NCBI GenBank assembly: GCA_013239625.1
Contig: MU054122.1
Location: forward strand, 62,001-126,000
DNA: 64,000 bases
Source of the DNA: Lama guanicoe
Taxonomy: Eukaryota
Reading direction: 5' to 3'
This document shows positions 1 through 11,430 of this stretch, in pieces (the first letter of the stretch is position 1; each line of letters begins with the position of its first letter). A model generated the notes under the pieces. That model was not told the DNA's origin, made no database searches, and was given only the letters and a program-made list of their open reading frames with translations. A program made the translations under genes and the position numbers.

Positions 1-99
1 ACAAGTGAGTTTCAAAGCAGAACTGTAAATGATCAAACTATTTCCAAGTAACTCAACTGCATTCCAAAAAAAAGCTTAAGAATACTTATAGCAATACAA

Positions 100-930
100 T
101 GTCCAGTGCACAAACCCAAAATTGAAAATGTCTGGCATCCTACTAAGCATGAAAAGAAGGACAACGTATAACCTATAATGAGAAGAAACATTAATCATTC
201 AAAGCATAGCAAGAAATGACACAAAGACTGAATTAGCAGACAAAGACACCAAAATAGTTTTAACTGTACCTCACCAATTTAAGAAGCTAGAAGAAAAAAA
301 CAAAAAAACAAAAAAACGTGTAAAGACATGGACAATATAAAACATCACCCAAATTGAATTTCTAGAAATGAAAACTACAATGTCTAAGGTAAAAAATGCA
401 TTTGGTAGGATTAACGGCAGAATGCACACTGTAAAAGAAAAGATGATTGCACTTGAATACAGAGTAACAGAAACTTTCCAAAATGAAATGCACAGAAAAC
501 AAGGACTCAAAAATCAAATGAACAAAGTATTGATGAGTTGTGGGACAACAGCCAATGGCCTAAGATACATGTAATCTGAGTCCCAAGTGGAGGGGAAACA
601 GAAAAAGCATTTCAAGAACTGACAACCAAAACTGTTTCAAATTTCTTAAAACTATAAACCCTCAGATCCAAGGAGCTCAACAAAATATGCTGAGAAAAGC
701 CAGATGAAAAATGAGTACATACAGAATGATTCCACTTTTATGCAATCTCAGAACACGTGAACTAATTTACAGTGATAGAAAGCAGCTGAGTGGCTTCCCA
801 GACGAGGATAAGGGTAGAAGTGAGGAATTGTAACAGGCAGGAAGAAGGCTTGGGGGTAATGCACATGTGCATTAGCTTGATTTTGGTGACGCCTTCATGG
901 GTATATCCATATATCAGACTTAACTACTAT
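100..930 (+). mobile_element. Old L1 fragments (ORF1-like piece followed by an L1M-type 3' end)
   Basis: ORF1-like ctagaaatgaaaactacaatgtct...; 3' end motif gagtacatacagaatgattccactttta...tacagtgatagaaagcag. Confidence 0.65.
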
Positions 931-1101
931 TGGCGAAGGCTACAGAGTAGCGAGTCATGATGTAGAAATGGTCATTGAGAAGTGTGTTGACCTCATCTGG
1001 TTTTTATAACACAACATGGTGGATTTTAACATCCTTCACTGAAGCAGGCATGCAAGAAAGCAAGTTTTTATGTTAAAAAGACAAAAACGAAATAGTATCA
1101 C

Positions 1102-1318
1102 CTCCCAAGAGATGTGTCAGACTCAGAGTCATAAATTTCCAGATAATCCTTGGTGCAATTGTAATGAAACTCCAGATGAAATTCCCTGAATATGAGGTGA
1201 ATCAAGTGACTAGGTTGGACTAGTATATGCCAGGTACAGTTGACACCATGTGGGTAGATATTTGGATGGCCAGGACTTTGAATGCTTCCTGTTGACTCTG
1301 TAAGAACTTGTCCACATG
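1102..1318 (-). CDS. CUBN: Cubilin exon 21 (CUB5, first part; start of the intrinsic factor-cobalamin binding CUB5-8 region). Gene continues beyond the window.
   Basis: 217 nt, (A)[71 protein letters not shown](R); cag| and AG|GTGATA. Confidence 0.96.
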
Positions 1319-1660
1319 CTGTTAAAATAAAAATAATAATGATTATTACAACAAGGAACTAACATGCTACCTGGAATGCCAACTAAAATAATCTGATCAT
1401 AACCTCTTAATAGGTCAAAAAGAAAAATGTTCCTTCTATGCCATTTAAGGTAACCTAGTTTTCCCCTTACTAATACATCAATTAATATGAGCTGATTAGG
1501 AGATATATTCTTTTCTTTACCTTTGAGTCTGCTTTAAAAGTTTTACAGTGTAGATGACCAAACATCTACAATGTCAATTCATTTTCTATAATCATTTATT
1601 TCTATTGTTCACTTCTCTGATACAAGCCCAAAAGGCAAAGTTGAGGAGTCAGTCTCTTAC

Positions 1661-1826
1661 CCAAAGCTTCAGTACTAAATCTGGCCATGAAACCACGATT
1701 TTCAGCAGAAGAGCTTTTCACAAATATGACATGAAGAAAATTGTACACAGATGTTACAAGTGACGGTACGTCTGTGCCACAATACTTCTTATTTTCAGAA
1801 GAACCCAAAATGGAACTGCTACCAAT
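1661..1826 (-). CDS. CUBN: Cubilin exon 20 (CUB4, second part)
   Basis: 166 nt, [55 protein letters not shown]; tag| and |GTAAGA. Confidence 0.97.
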
Positions 1827-1959
1827 CTAAGCAAAAAACAAACAAACAAACAAACAAAAAACACCCACATAGTTTTAAATGTATTTTGTGAGATATTTAT
1901 TTTGGAAAACTGCATCAAAAATTTTTTTTTCAAAAATGTTTTATTAATATGGTAAAAAT

Positions 1960-4100
1960 CCATTTTAGAATATTTTAAGCACCCCAAAAGAAACTCCATA
2001 CTCACTGGCAGTTATCCCCCATTCACCTCAAACCCTGGTTCCATGAAGCCACTAATCCATTTTCTGTTTCTACAGATTGCCTCTTCTAGACATTTCAAAT
2101 AAATAGAATCATACAATATGCGTTCTTTGTGCCTAGCTTCTTTCACTTAGCATAACATCTTCGAAGTTCGTCCATGTTGTAGTGTGTGTCACTACTTCAT
2201 CTCTTTTTAATGCCATATAGCATTCTGTTGCAGGGATACATCACATTTCATGAATCCATTTATCAGTTGATGGGCATTTAGGTTGTTTCCACTTTCTGGC
2301 TACTATGAGTAACAAGCATAGTCATTCATGTACAAATGTTTGTGTAGATACATATTTTTTTCATTTCCCTTGGGTACACACTTAGAAGTGGAATTGATGG
2401 ATCAAATGATAACTCTATGTTTAACTATTTGAGGAACTGCCAATTGTTTTCCAAAGCAGCTATACCTTTTAAATGCTCACCAGCAGGCTTTAAGTGTAAA
2501 AGGGTTCCAATTTCAACACTTGTTATTATCTGACTCCTTGATTACAGTCATTCTAGTGGGTGTGAAATAACATTTTATTGTGGTTTGATTTGTATTTCCC
2601 TGATGATTAGTGATGTTAAGACTATTTTTCATGTGCTTATTAACTAGTTGTATATCTTCTTTAAGGAAATATATATTCATATTCTTCACCCACTTAAAAA
2701 AATTAGATTAGTTGGGTTAATTTTTGGGAAGTCCAATTTTTCTTTTGTTGTGTTTTTTGTGTCATAACTAAGAAGGCTTTGGCTAACCCAAGGTCAAAAA
2801 ACTTTGTTTTCTTTAAACGTTTCACTGTGTTAGCTCCTACATTTAGGTCTATGATCCATTTTGAGTTAATTTTTGTATATGGTGTAAGGAAGGGTTCCAG
2901 TTGCATAATTCTGTATGTGCATATTCAGCAGTATTTGTTGAAAAAAATATTTTTCTTATTGAAATGTCCTGGCACCCTTTTCAAAAATCAATTGTTCATA
3001 AAGGTATGAATTTATTTCTGAATTTTCAATTCTGTTCCATTGCTCTATATTTTTTGTTTTGATTATTATAGTCTTGTTCTGAGTTTTAAAATCATAATTG
3101 GGAATCCTCCAATGGTGTTCTTTTTAAAGAATGCTTCCAGTTACCCCAGTTCCCTTGCATTTCCACTAGAATTTTACAATCAGCTTGTGAATGTCTACAG
3201 AAGTGCCAGCTGGGATTTTCATAGGGACTGAATTGGATCCTTAGATAAATTTCAGAAATATTGCCATATTAACAACATCATCTTCTAACCCATTCACATG
3301 AGCCATCTTTCCACTTATTTAGGTCTAATTTTCTTCATTGATGTTTTGGAGTTTTTGAGTACAAGTTTTACATGTCTTTTTAAAAGATATATTCCTTAAT
3401 GTTTATTCTTTTCTATGCTATTGGAAATGGAATTCTTTCTTTGATTTCATTTTCAAATTGTTCATTGCTATGAAAAAGAAATGACTTTCATATTCTGATC
3501 TTAGATCCTGCAACATGCTGAATTTATTAGTTCTAATAGTTGTGTGTGTTTGTGTATAGATTCTTTATAATTGTCTACATACAAGATCATGTTTTCTGTG
3601 AATAGAAGTAAGTTTTATTCCTTTGTTTTCATTCTCGGTGCATTTTACTTCCTTTCTTTGTTTAACTGTTTTATCAAGAATTTCCAGCACAATGCTGAAC
3701 ACAAGTGGTGAGAACGGACACCTTTGTCTTTTTACTGGCCATAGGAGCAAAGCATCAGTGCTTCATCACTAAGGATGATGTTAGCTGTGGGGTTTTGATA
3801 GATGTCCTTTATCAGATTAAGGAAGCTCCCTTCTATTCTTGGTTTGTTGAGTGTTTCCATCATGAAAAGGTACTGGACTTTGTCAAATACTTTTCTTACA
3901 TCTATCGAGGTTATGATGTGTTTTTTTCCCCCTGTATTTTATTTTACACTAATTGATTTTTGGACCTATACCTACCTTGCATTCTTGGGATAAATCCCGC
4001 TTGGTCATGGAATAAACTCCTTTTTGCATGCTGCTGATTTCAGTTAGCTAGTGTTTTCTTGAGGATTTTAGCATCTATATTCCTAAGAGATACTGGTCTG
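1960..4100 (-). mobile_element. 5'-truncated, degraded L1 (ORF2 and 3'UTR, L1MB-like) in intron 19
   Basis: Minus-strand ORF2 peptides [21 protein letters not shown] and RQRCPFSPLVFSIVLEIL; typical antisense 3'UTR tcttctttcacttagcataacatc-like motifs. Confidence 0.85.
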
Positions 4101-4189
4101 TACAAACCAGTTTTGTTTCATGCAACTGATTTGAGGATAACATGACATAATATTTTTAATAATATCCAATCAAATGCAAATGTTCTTAC

Positions 4190-4368
4190 CTCAATATAGT
4201 CTGTATCACAGTGGACAGAACTTCCCACTTCAAAGGCAGTGAAGCTGAGGAGGATGACTTGGCTTTGGGGTTGGTGGATGACCCACCTACAGATCTTTTC
4301 TCCTGGATACACATTAGGATAAAAGGGAGAGCGAATGACCCCTTCTCCGGTTAATTCTCCTCCACAAG
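4190..4368 (-). CDS. CUBN: Cubilin exon 19 (CUB4, first part)
   Basis: 179 nt, (A)[59 protein letters not shown]; cag| and GAG|GTAAGA. Confidence 0.97.
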
Positions 4369-4593
4369 CTGTAAGGATGAAAATGACAGTAGCATTTGTC
4401 CAAAGATAAGCGACTGTTGCCTTCAATTTTATTGCAAAGTCTAACTGCATAAAAATATCCCAGAATGTGACACTAGTATTAGAATTTCCCCCTTATCACT
4501 GGAAGACATAAAATGACTAAATTATTTCAGGAAATGAAAATGTTACAGTCAGGCAAATTAGACACCTAAAAATTAAGGCATAAGTTTTCTTAC

Positions 4594-4738
4594 CAACTTG
4601 ATAAACAGCTCTGAAACTAGCTCTTGCAACAGAAGCATCTATTTTAAGTCTCATCCAGATACTATTAGTAATGGACTTAATGTGAGAGAGGGTTTCATTG
4701 CCACAGACTTTTCCAAGCAAGGTTTCATCATCTCGAAC
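4594..4738 (-). CDS. CUBN: Cubilin exon 18 (CUB3, second part)
   Basis: 145 nt, [48 protein letters not shown]; tag| and |GTAAGA. Confidence 0.96.
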
Positions 4739-4899
4739 CTAAACAGAAAAATAAAATTATCTGTAATCCTAATCAACAAAGTTACCTTGGCCATGTGGCA
4801 TTATTTCGAGATAAGAAAATGGAAGATTCAAAATGAGTTATATTCTACTCTGGGTTACATATTCATATTACACTTGAAAGGTAAAGTCAGTGGGTCATT

Positions 4900-6100
4900 T
4901 TCTAGCACAATGCAATAATAGTAAAAATTGATTCAAAAAATCTTAAGCCAAAAAAATCCAAAATCATAAGAAGTTTTAAAATGTTCTCCTAATAACTTCC
5001 ACAATGTCAAAAAGGAAATAAATTTACAATTTTGCATTATTTAGAAAACGACAAAATATGAGAACATAACATATCAAAATTTGCAAGTTTCGGCCAAGTA
5101 TGTAATCAAAGAAATTCAAAGACTAAACTGCTTTCATTATTGAAAGAAAGAAAGACAAAGTAGATGAAAGAGAGTAAACTTAAGGAGTCAACTTTAAAAA
5201 TTGGAAAAAAAAAAGGTACCAAAATGAGAAAAAATAAAATACAAATAAAAGCAAAACCTAATAAAATACAAAAAAGGTAAAATCCGTAAATACATTCAAG
5301 AACTGGGTTTTTTGAGGGAGGTTGGGGGAGAGAGATATGAAAAGACATGTCTTTGGCAATAAAGATACAGGAAAATAAAGAAAAGGAACAAAAAATGGAA
5401 TAAGCATAAATAAATATACAAAACCTAAAAGGACAAAAATGACACAAAGACACAGATACTGAAAAATTTGTTCATTATGATAATTGTACATAGAACAGTA
5501 TGTTGAATATCTGAAATAGTTATTTCAGAAAAATTCTTAAAATTATTACAAGAAGAAAAATAAAATTTGGGTAGACAATAAGCCATGGATAAAACTGAAA
5601 ACATTACCAAATAATTACCCCCCCTCAAAAAAACTAGAAACTGCTCTGTCTGGTAAGTTATTTTAAACTTTTAAGGATCAGATAAATCCCATATATAATT
5701 TGTTCTAAGGAACCCTCAAACATGGAACGATTCCCAAATAATTTTTCTCAGAACCATCTCACCAAAACCCAACGTGGATAATACAAAAGAAAACTACAGG
5801 TAGATCTCACCTATTAATATAGACACAAAAATCCTAAATACAGTTTTGGAAAAATGAATTCACTCCACTGTTTGGCTTACATATCAAATCAAACATGAGG
5901 AGAAGAGTAATACAAAAATTGTTTGAGATTATAAATTATTCGTTAAGCTCATCAATAGATCCAAAAAGCTAAACTGCGTATCTCTGCAGATGTCAAACAG
6001 TTTGTTAGCGTTCCTATTAATTAGAAACTCTTAGAAAGTCAGGAGCAAAAGAAAATTTCCTTCTTATAATAAAGACCACTTATTTTAAGTCAACAGTCAG
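4900..6100 (+). mobile_element. Highly degraded L1 ORF2 fragment
   Basis: A-rich, with L1 motifs such as aaagaaaactacagg and agacacaaaaatcctaaata. Confidence 0.6.
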
Positions 6101-6109
6101 TATCTTATA

Positions 6110-6310
6110 GTGCAATGGCCATGAGCCTGGTCTATGAAGTCATGTAGACTGGGTTCGGTTCCCACCCTTGTCACTTACATAACCTGAACAAGTTACTAAA
6201 TCTAAGCCTAGCTCAAGGATTTGCTGGAGCCACCAACAGAGGATACAAATATGTGAAATCCTCAGCAACATGCCTAGTACTAGAAAATGTGGGCTCAAGA
6301 ATAGCTGTTA
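6110..6310 (+). mobile_element. MIR SINE fragment
   Basis: MIR core-like gactgggttcggttccc...acaagttactaaatct...atgcctagtactag. Confidence 0.5.
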
Positions 6311-6611
6311 CTCTTGAACTTTTTAAAGGTGAAGCACTAGATGTTTCTCACCCCAATCAGGAATTACTGCATGGATGTACATACTACCCTTGTTATATAG
6401 AACTATCTTGGAAGAGCTAGCCATCCAAATATCAATCCATTCCCTCAGCTAACATCATCAAGGCATCAGTAAATGCTAGGACCTCTGCTGGGGACCTCGC
6501 TGTGAAAGACAGCCACCGCTCGCAGGAACTCACTACAAGCAAGCACATTTTTTTAAAAAGCATGAAGCATCATGTTTGGGCAAGTGCAGAGTGCTACATT
6601 ATTACTTAACA

Positions 6612-6800
6612 CAATGGTTCTCAATAGGTACAACAATAGGCATTTTGGAAATTGGTGAAGGCATTTTTCGTTTGTGTTTTAATTGTTAACACAATGGTGG
6701 TGGGGCGCTATTGGCATTTAGCGGCTGGGGACCAAAAAATACTAAAACACCCTGAAATGTAAGAGACAGTCACACACAGCAAGGATTCTCCTGTAGCCTA
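6612..6800 (+). mobile_element. MER20-like hAT DNA transposon remnant
   Basis: atggttctcaa start; gctattggcatttag...ctaaaacaccctgaaatg...gacagtc resembles the MER20 consensus. Confidence 0.55.
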
Positions 6801-7361
6801 GGTGATATTCATTGCAGCAACTTTTATAAATGTAAAATCTAGCTCTATTTTATATTCTAAATGCAAAACATTTTTGCTGAGTTTTAAAATACACCAAATT
6901 TTCCAAGATGACAAGCAGAGTGTAAATCCGAAAAAAAAAAAAGCTCTTTTTAATTTTCTCCTGGAAATCTGCCAAGAATTGGTCACCATTTCAGAAGATT
7001 CATCAGCAGCGTCCAGAGCGATGCCAGCAGGCATTTCCACCGCAGCGTTGAAATGGTTCAGGGAGCAAACAATTTACGACTTCATTTTGTCTTCAAGTGC
7101 AGCTTGGCCAGACTTTTAACATGCTGACATCACTCCTTTTTTTTTTTTTCCACTTTTCTTTGCTTCTCCTAAATCTTACACTTAGAACTTTATTTTTATT
7201 TATATAATGTATGTACACAGTGTGGGCTTATATCTTCTATGACTTTCATTGCGGAATAGTGTGAGGGTAATCTCAAGGTCTTGAAGAGAACCACTGACTT
7301 CACCAAAACTTCTGAACTCCCACAGAGGATTAGGGAATATTTCTCAACAGAAATAACTTTT

Positions 7362-7655
7362 TTTTTAATTGAAGTATAGTCAGTTTACAATGTTGTGTTA
7401 GTTACTGGTGTACAGCATACTGATTGAGATAGATAGACAGATAGATGATAGATAGATAGACAGATGTTCCTTTTCATATTCTTTTTCATTATAGGCTATT
7501 ACAAGATATTGAATATAGCTCCCTGTGCTAGACAGTAGGAAGTTATTGTTTATCTATTTTATATACAGTAGTTAGTGTCTGCAAATCCCAAACCCCCAAT
7601 TTATCCTTCCACCTCCCCCTTTTCTCCCCTGGTAACCACAATTTTGTTTTTTATG
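7362..7655 (-). mobile_element. Short lineage-specific L1 3'-end insertion with TSD and internal (GATA)n
   Basis: ttttaattgaagtatagtcagtttacaatgttgtg terminus. Flanking direct repeat TCTCAACAGAAATAACTTTT (7342-7361) / TCTCAAAAGAAGTAACTTTT (7656-7675), 18/20 identical. Confidence 0.85.
7427..7465. repeat. Imperfect (GATA/GACA)n microsatellite
   Basis: gatagatagacagatagatgatagatagatagacagat seen directly. Confidence 0.9.
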
Positions 7656-8899
7656 TCTCAAAAGAAGTAACTTTTAAGCTGAAACTTGAAGGAGTATCCA
7701 AGTCAAGAGGAAGTGGAAATAAAAGAAAGAGCTTCAAAGTGTGACCCTCAAAGCCGGTGGGGACATGGCAACACATCCCTCCCACCCGTAACTGGTGGAA
7801 GCATACATTTCTGGAATAGAATTGGACAATATATATCAGGAGTCTTGAAAATGTTCACAGTTTTGGACCCAGTAACTTTAAGTCCAACACTCCATCGTAA
7901 GGAAATCATTGAAGATACAGAAAAAGACACCCAAGGATTCATGTCAAAGCATGCTCTGGAGTAACAAGAAGGGAAAATATTCCAAATGTCTAACAACAGG
8001 AGGGCAATTAAATAAATGATGGTACAGCCGTATGACTGGCTCTCACACAGACATTGAAATTGCATGCCTTTCCTCTGACTCATCCCCAACCAGCTCCTTT
8101 ACTGAGCTGTAACACAAATTTCACATACGCCCATAAAGTTATGCTAAATAGCTCTCTAACCAAACAGCAAACCTCTGAGGCAAGAGAAAATTTCTGTTTC
8201 ACCCTCAGCATCTAACACAGACCTCTGCAAATACAGTGTGACAGACACTCGTCAACTCACTAATTTTACGGCATGGTATGATGGTTCCACTTTTGCTAGA
8301 GACACAGACATACCACAGTTCTTGGAAACCAGGAAAGCATGAAACACACAGTAAGATATCTTCCTGCTCTGGAATCCTCCAGGGTGCCGTTCGCTTCGGC
8401 TGAGATTATAGTATCTCTTTTCTATTCTGCCCATTAGAAGACGACAAGAGGGAAGAAAAACAGCCAAATAGCAGCAGAGCAAGCGAAAGTGGGCCGTTCC
8501 CCTGGGCTTCACTAATGAAATTCAAGGACTTCAGCAAGGAGAAAGGCAGCTGCAGTCCAAATGTTTTAAGAGGAACTTATAGGGCTCAAGGGCTTTAAAC
8601 CTAGAAGGTACAATTGATTTTGGCTAGGTTTCTCTCTCTCTGTGGAAACAAAACCTTATTAATTCCAAAAGCCTGTATTCTCCCTGGATCCCAGATACGG
8701 CAATACTGTAACCACAATCCTTAAATGCTCTAAAGTGACCAAGCACTGTTGCAGCACATCTTGCATTCAATATCACAGGGCTTGTGAATTTGCATACCCC
8801 TCCCCCACAACAACAACAAGAAAAACCCTCTTTCCTTTGTGTTTGTGCACTGAGATAGGCTGCGTTATTTTTCTCAACTGTTCACGTCCGTCTCCGAAA

Positions 8900-9290
8900 A
8901 AGGATTGAACATCTCTGCTCCTTGCCTTGTAACTTGTGATGCCTCCCCACGGAGAATTAATATTTATCCTTCCCATCAGCTGCGGGCTTGGCTACAGGGC
9001 TTGCTTTGCCCAAAAGAGTGTGAGCAGAAGTGATGTACCAATTCCCACGTAGAGGCTTGATTCCACAATCTGTACCTTTCTCCTCTCACAAGACCAAGGG
9101 TCAGGGTCCCAGGGACTGATGGGACCAGGACCAGACCAGCAGAGCTGCCACTGACCCTAAACCAGCATGTTAACATGAGTGAAGAATAAACATATATCGC
9201 TGTAAGCCATAGAAATATTTTGTTTATAGTCAGTTTTTACTTGTTTCATTGTTACTGACTGTTACCGCAGCATCACTTAGAGATAGATGA
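8900..9290 (+). mobile_element. MLT1-type MaLR LTR remnant
   Basis: ttgctttgcccaaaagagtgtgagcagaagtgatg...atgagtgaagaataaac...tgtaagcca...gttaccgcagca. Confidence 0.6.
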
Positions 9291-10263
9291 CTCCGACTTG
9301 GACCTGGCTCATACTGACAAATGGGTTTTCGTAAGAAGTCACGTGAAGCCATACCCTGGTCACTTTCAGAAGCATCAACAGACCACTTTCGTTCTTCATT
9401 GCTGTTCACCTTTACAAACCAATAATAAGGACCATTTCAAGTTCTTTGCCAACCAGGCCCAGACTTTTCATTGATTGCCTTATTCATTCAGCAAACACTG
9501 ATTGTTTCAGGCCCAACTGATTACATATGACCCATGAGTTTTAACCCTATGGAACAGTCTGAATGGCTTCTGATTTTTACAGGCAGCAGACTGAACTTGT
9601 TCCTGAAGAGAAACGGCTCATAAAAATTTTTTTTAATAAAAGAAGAGTTTTCATAAAGGACCTACAACCTGTAGAAAGAGCTAAAATTAACTAGGTTGAA
9701 AAACACGGTTCATATGAAATTTTCGGTGTGCCTGGAGCCCAGGCTTTAGCATCTGCAGTGGATCAGGTCCCAAAGCCAGGTCTTCATCCCCGTGCTCATT
9801 TGTTTGTATCTGCTAAGTATCCAGATTTGTTTTTATATAACAATTTCATAACTCAAGTTAAGTATTTAATCTTAATTCAAAGCAAACCAAATACGCTGGC
9901 ATTTAGGTTTGGTCCAACCACGAGCTGAAAACAGAACCTTCACATCCAGTGGTATTTAACATGTGGCTTCCTGCGCAGCGAGTGACCAGTTGGAATGTCT
10001 TTTAGCTAAATAAAGACTTGACCCCAGAGACCAGCCTCGGGTTAATCTGCGCACACAGGAGGGGGATGTGGCCCCATTCCAACTGGGAGAGTAAAGGGTG
10101 AGGGAGAAATGAGATGAGAGAAGCCACCCAGGGACTAAATGTTACTTTCTTAGGTTATGATCTTCACTATTCATTATTTTCATGATTTCATAGTTAAAAT
10201 TGTAAAGCTTTGTATGCATTATGAAATAATGTCCCTTCTGAGATCTTTTTCAACAGAGTAAAC

Positions 10264-10729
10264 TGTTAACGAAGAATACTGCAAACCATATCAGTAACAA
10301 AGAATGCTGAAGCCATCAAGTCATCAGCAGCTGCCGCCACCCCCTACTGAAGACAAGCCTCCAGCCCAGCCTCTGCAGCCACTCACAGTGGTGCACCCTG
10401 AGGGGACACAGAATAAGAAAGGACAGGATACTGGCCCTAGACAGCTAGATGCTTGTCAAAGGAATGAATACAATGAGCCAAAATATTTCCTTCCTCCTAT
10501 ACATTGAAAAGCACTACATTCTTTAACTTGAGATGCCTGGTTTTCTTTAACAGTTATCTTTATTGTTCCAACTACCTGGCCTTTGTTGTAAAGCTTGTTC
10601 TTCCCCTACCTCTTTGGAGCGGTCCCTCAGAGCGATCTGAGAGGCTGTCATCCCAGGCTGAGTCCTCAGAATTCTCCACCGAATAAAACATAACTCAGCT
10701 TTTAGGCTGTGTATTTATTTCAGTCAACA
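10264..10729 (+). mobile_element. ERV1-class solo LTR (466 bp)
   Basis: Termini TGTTAAC...GTCAACA (imperfect inverted repeat, TG...CA); AATAAA at 10682; 4-bp flanks AAAC/AAAT. Confidence 0.75.
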
Positions 10730-10999
10730 AAATTTACCCTTTTTCTGATTTTTAAAAATCTGCTTTTCTAAAACCAGGAATATGTGTCCAGTTTTACCTA
10801 GAAGTGTGTTCCTCAATGATCGTAAACGGCAGTGTCACCTGTTCCTACCCGCTCTCCCCTCCCCATCATCAGAATGATCGTCATGTTACCTCTTACTGAC
10901 CATTCACTGCTGTGCCAGCCATTGTGCTAAGAACATTCTGTTTCCCTTTTCATCAAAAAAAACACACACAAAAAAAACAAAAAAACTAAGTTCTTTACC

Positions 11000-11430
11000 C
11001 CATGTGCACAGCCCTACAAGATCTAGTGCAGCCTAACTCTTGGTTCTCTCTACCCCTGCTTTGTGATTCCAGCCACACTCGTCTGTTTCCAGTTCTTTGT
11101 GTTTGTCAAGTTTTTTCTCAATTCAGTCTCGAAAGCTCTGTCAGCGCCTCCACCTGGAACCCTCCTTCTCTCGGCTCTTTGCTTTGCCAACGCCTTCTCG
11201 TCCCTAGGGAAGCTACCTCTGACCATTCAGCTGAAGTCATCAACCCTTCTGCTTTCTCTCATATCCTTCCTTCCCCTCACGATACTTCTCCCACCTTGAA
11301 ATTATGCAGTTGTGTGTTACTCGTTTCATCTCTCTGTGTTTTACACACCCATCCCTCAGTACAGTGCCTGGCATCTAAATTGTTTGATAAATATTTAGAT
11401 AACAAATACATAAATGAGTGAATGATCTCT
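11000..11430 (+). mobile_element. L2 3'-end remnant
   Basis: cagtacagtgcctggcat...ataaatattt...aatgagtgaatga is the typical L2 terminus. Confidence 0.55.
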
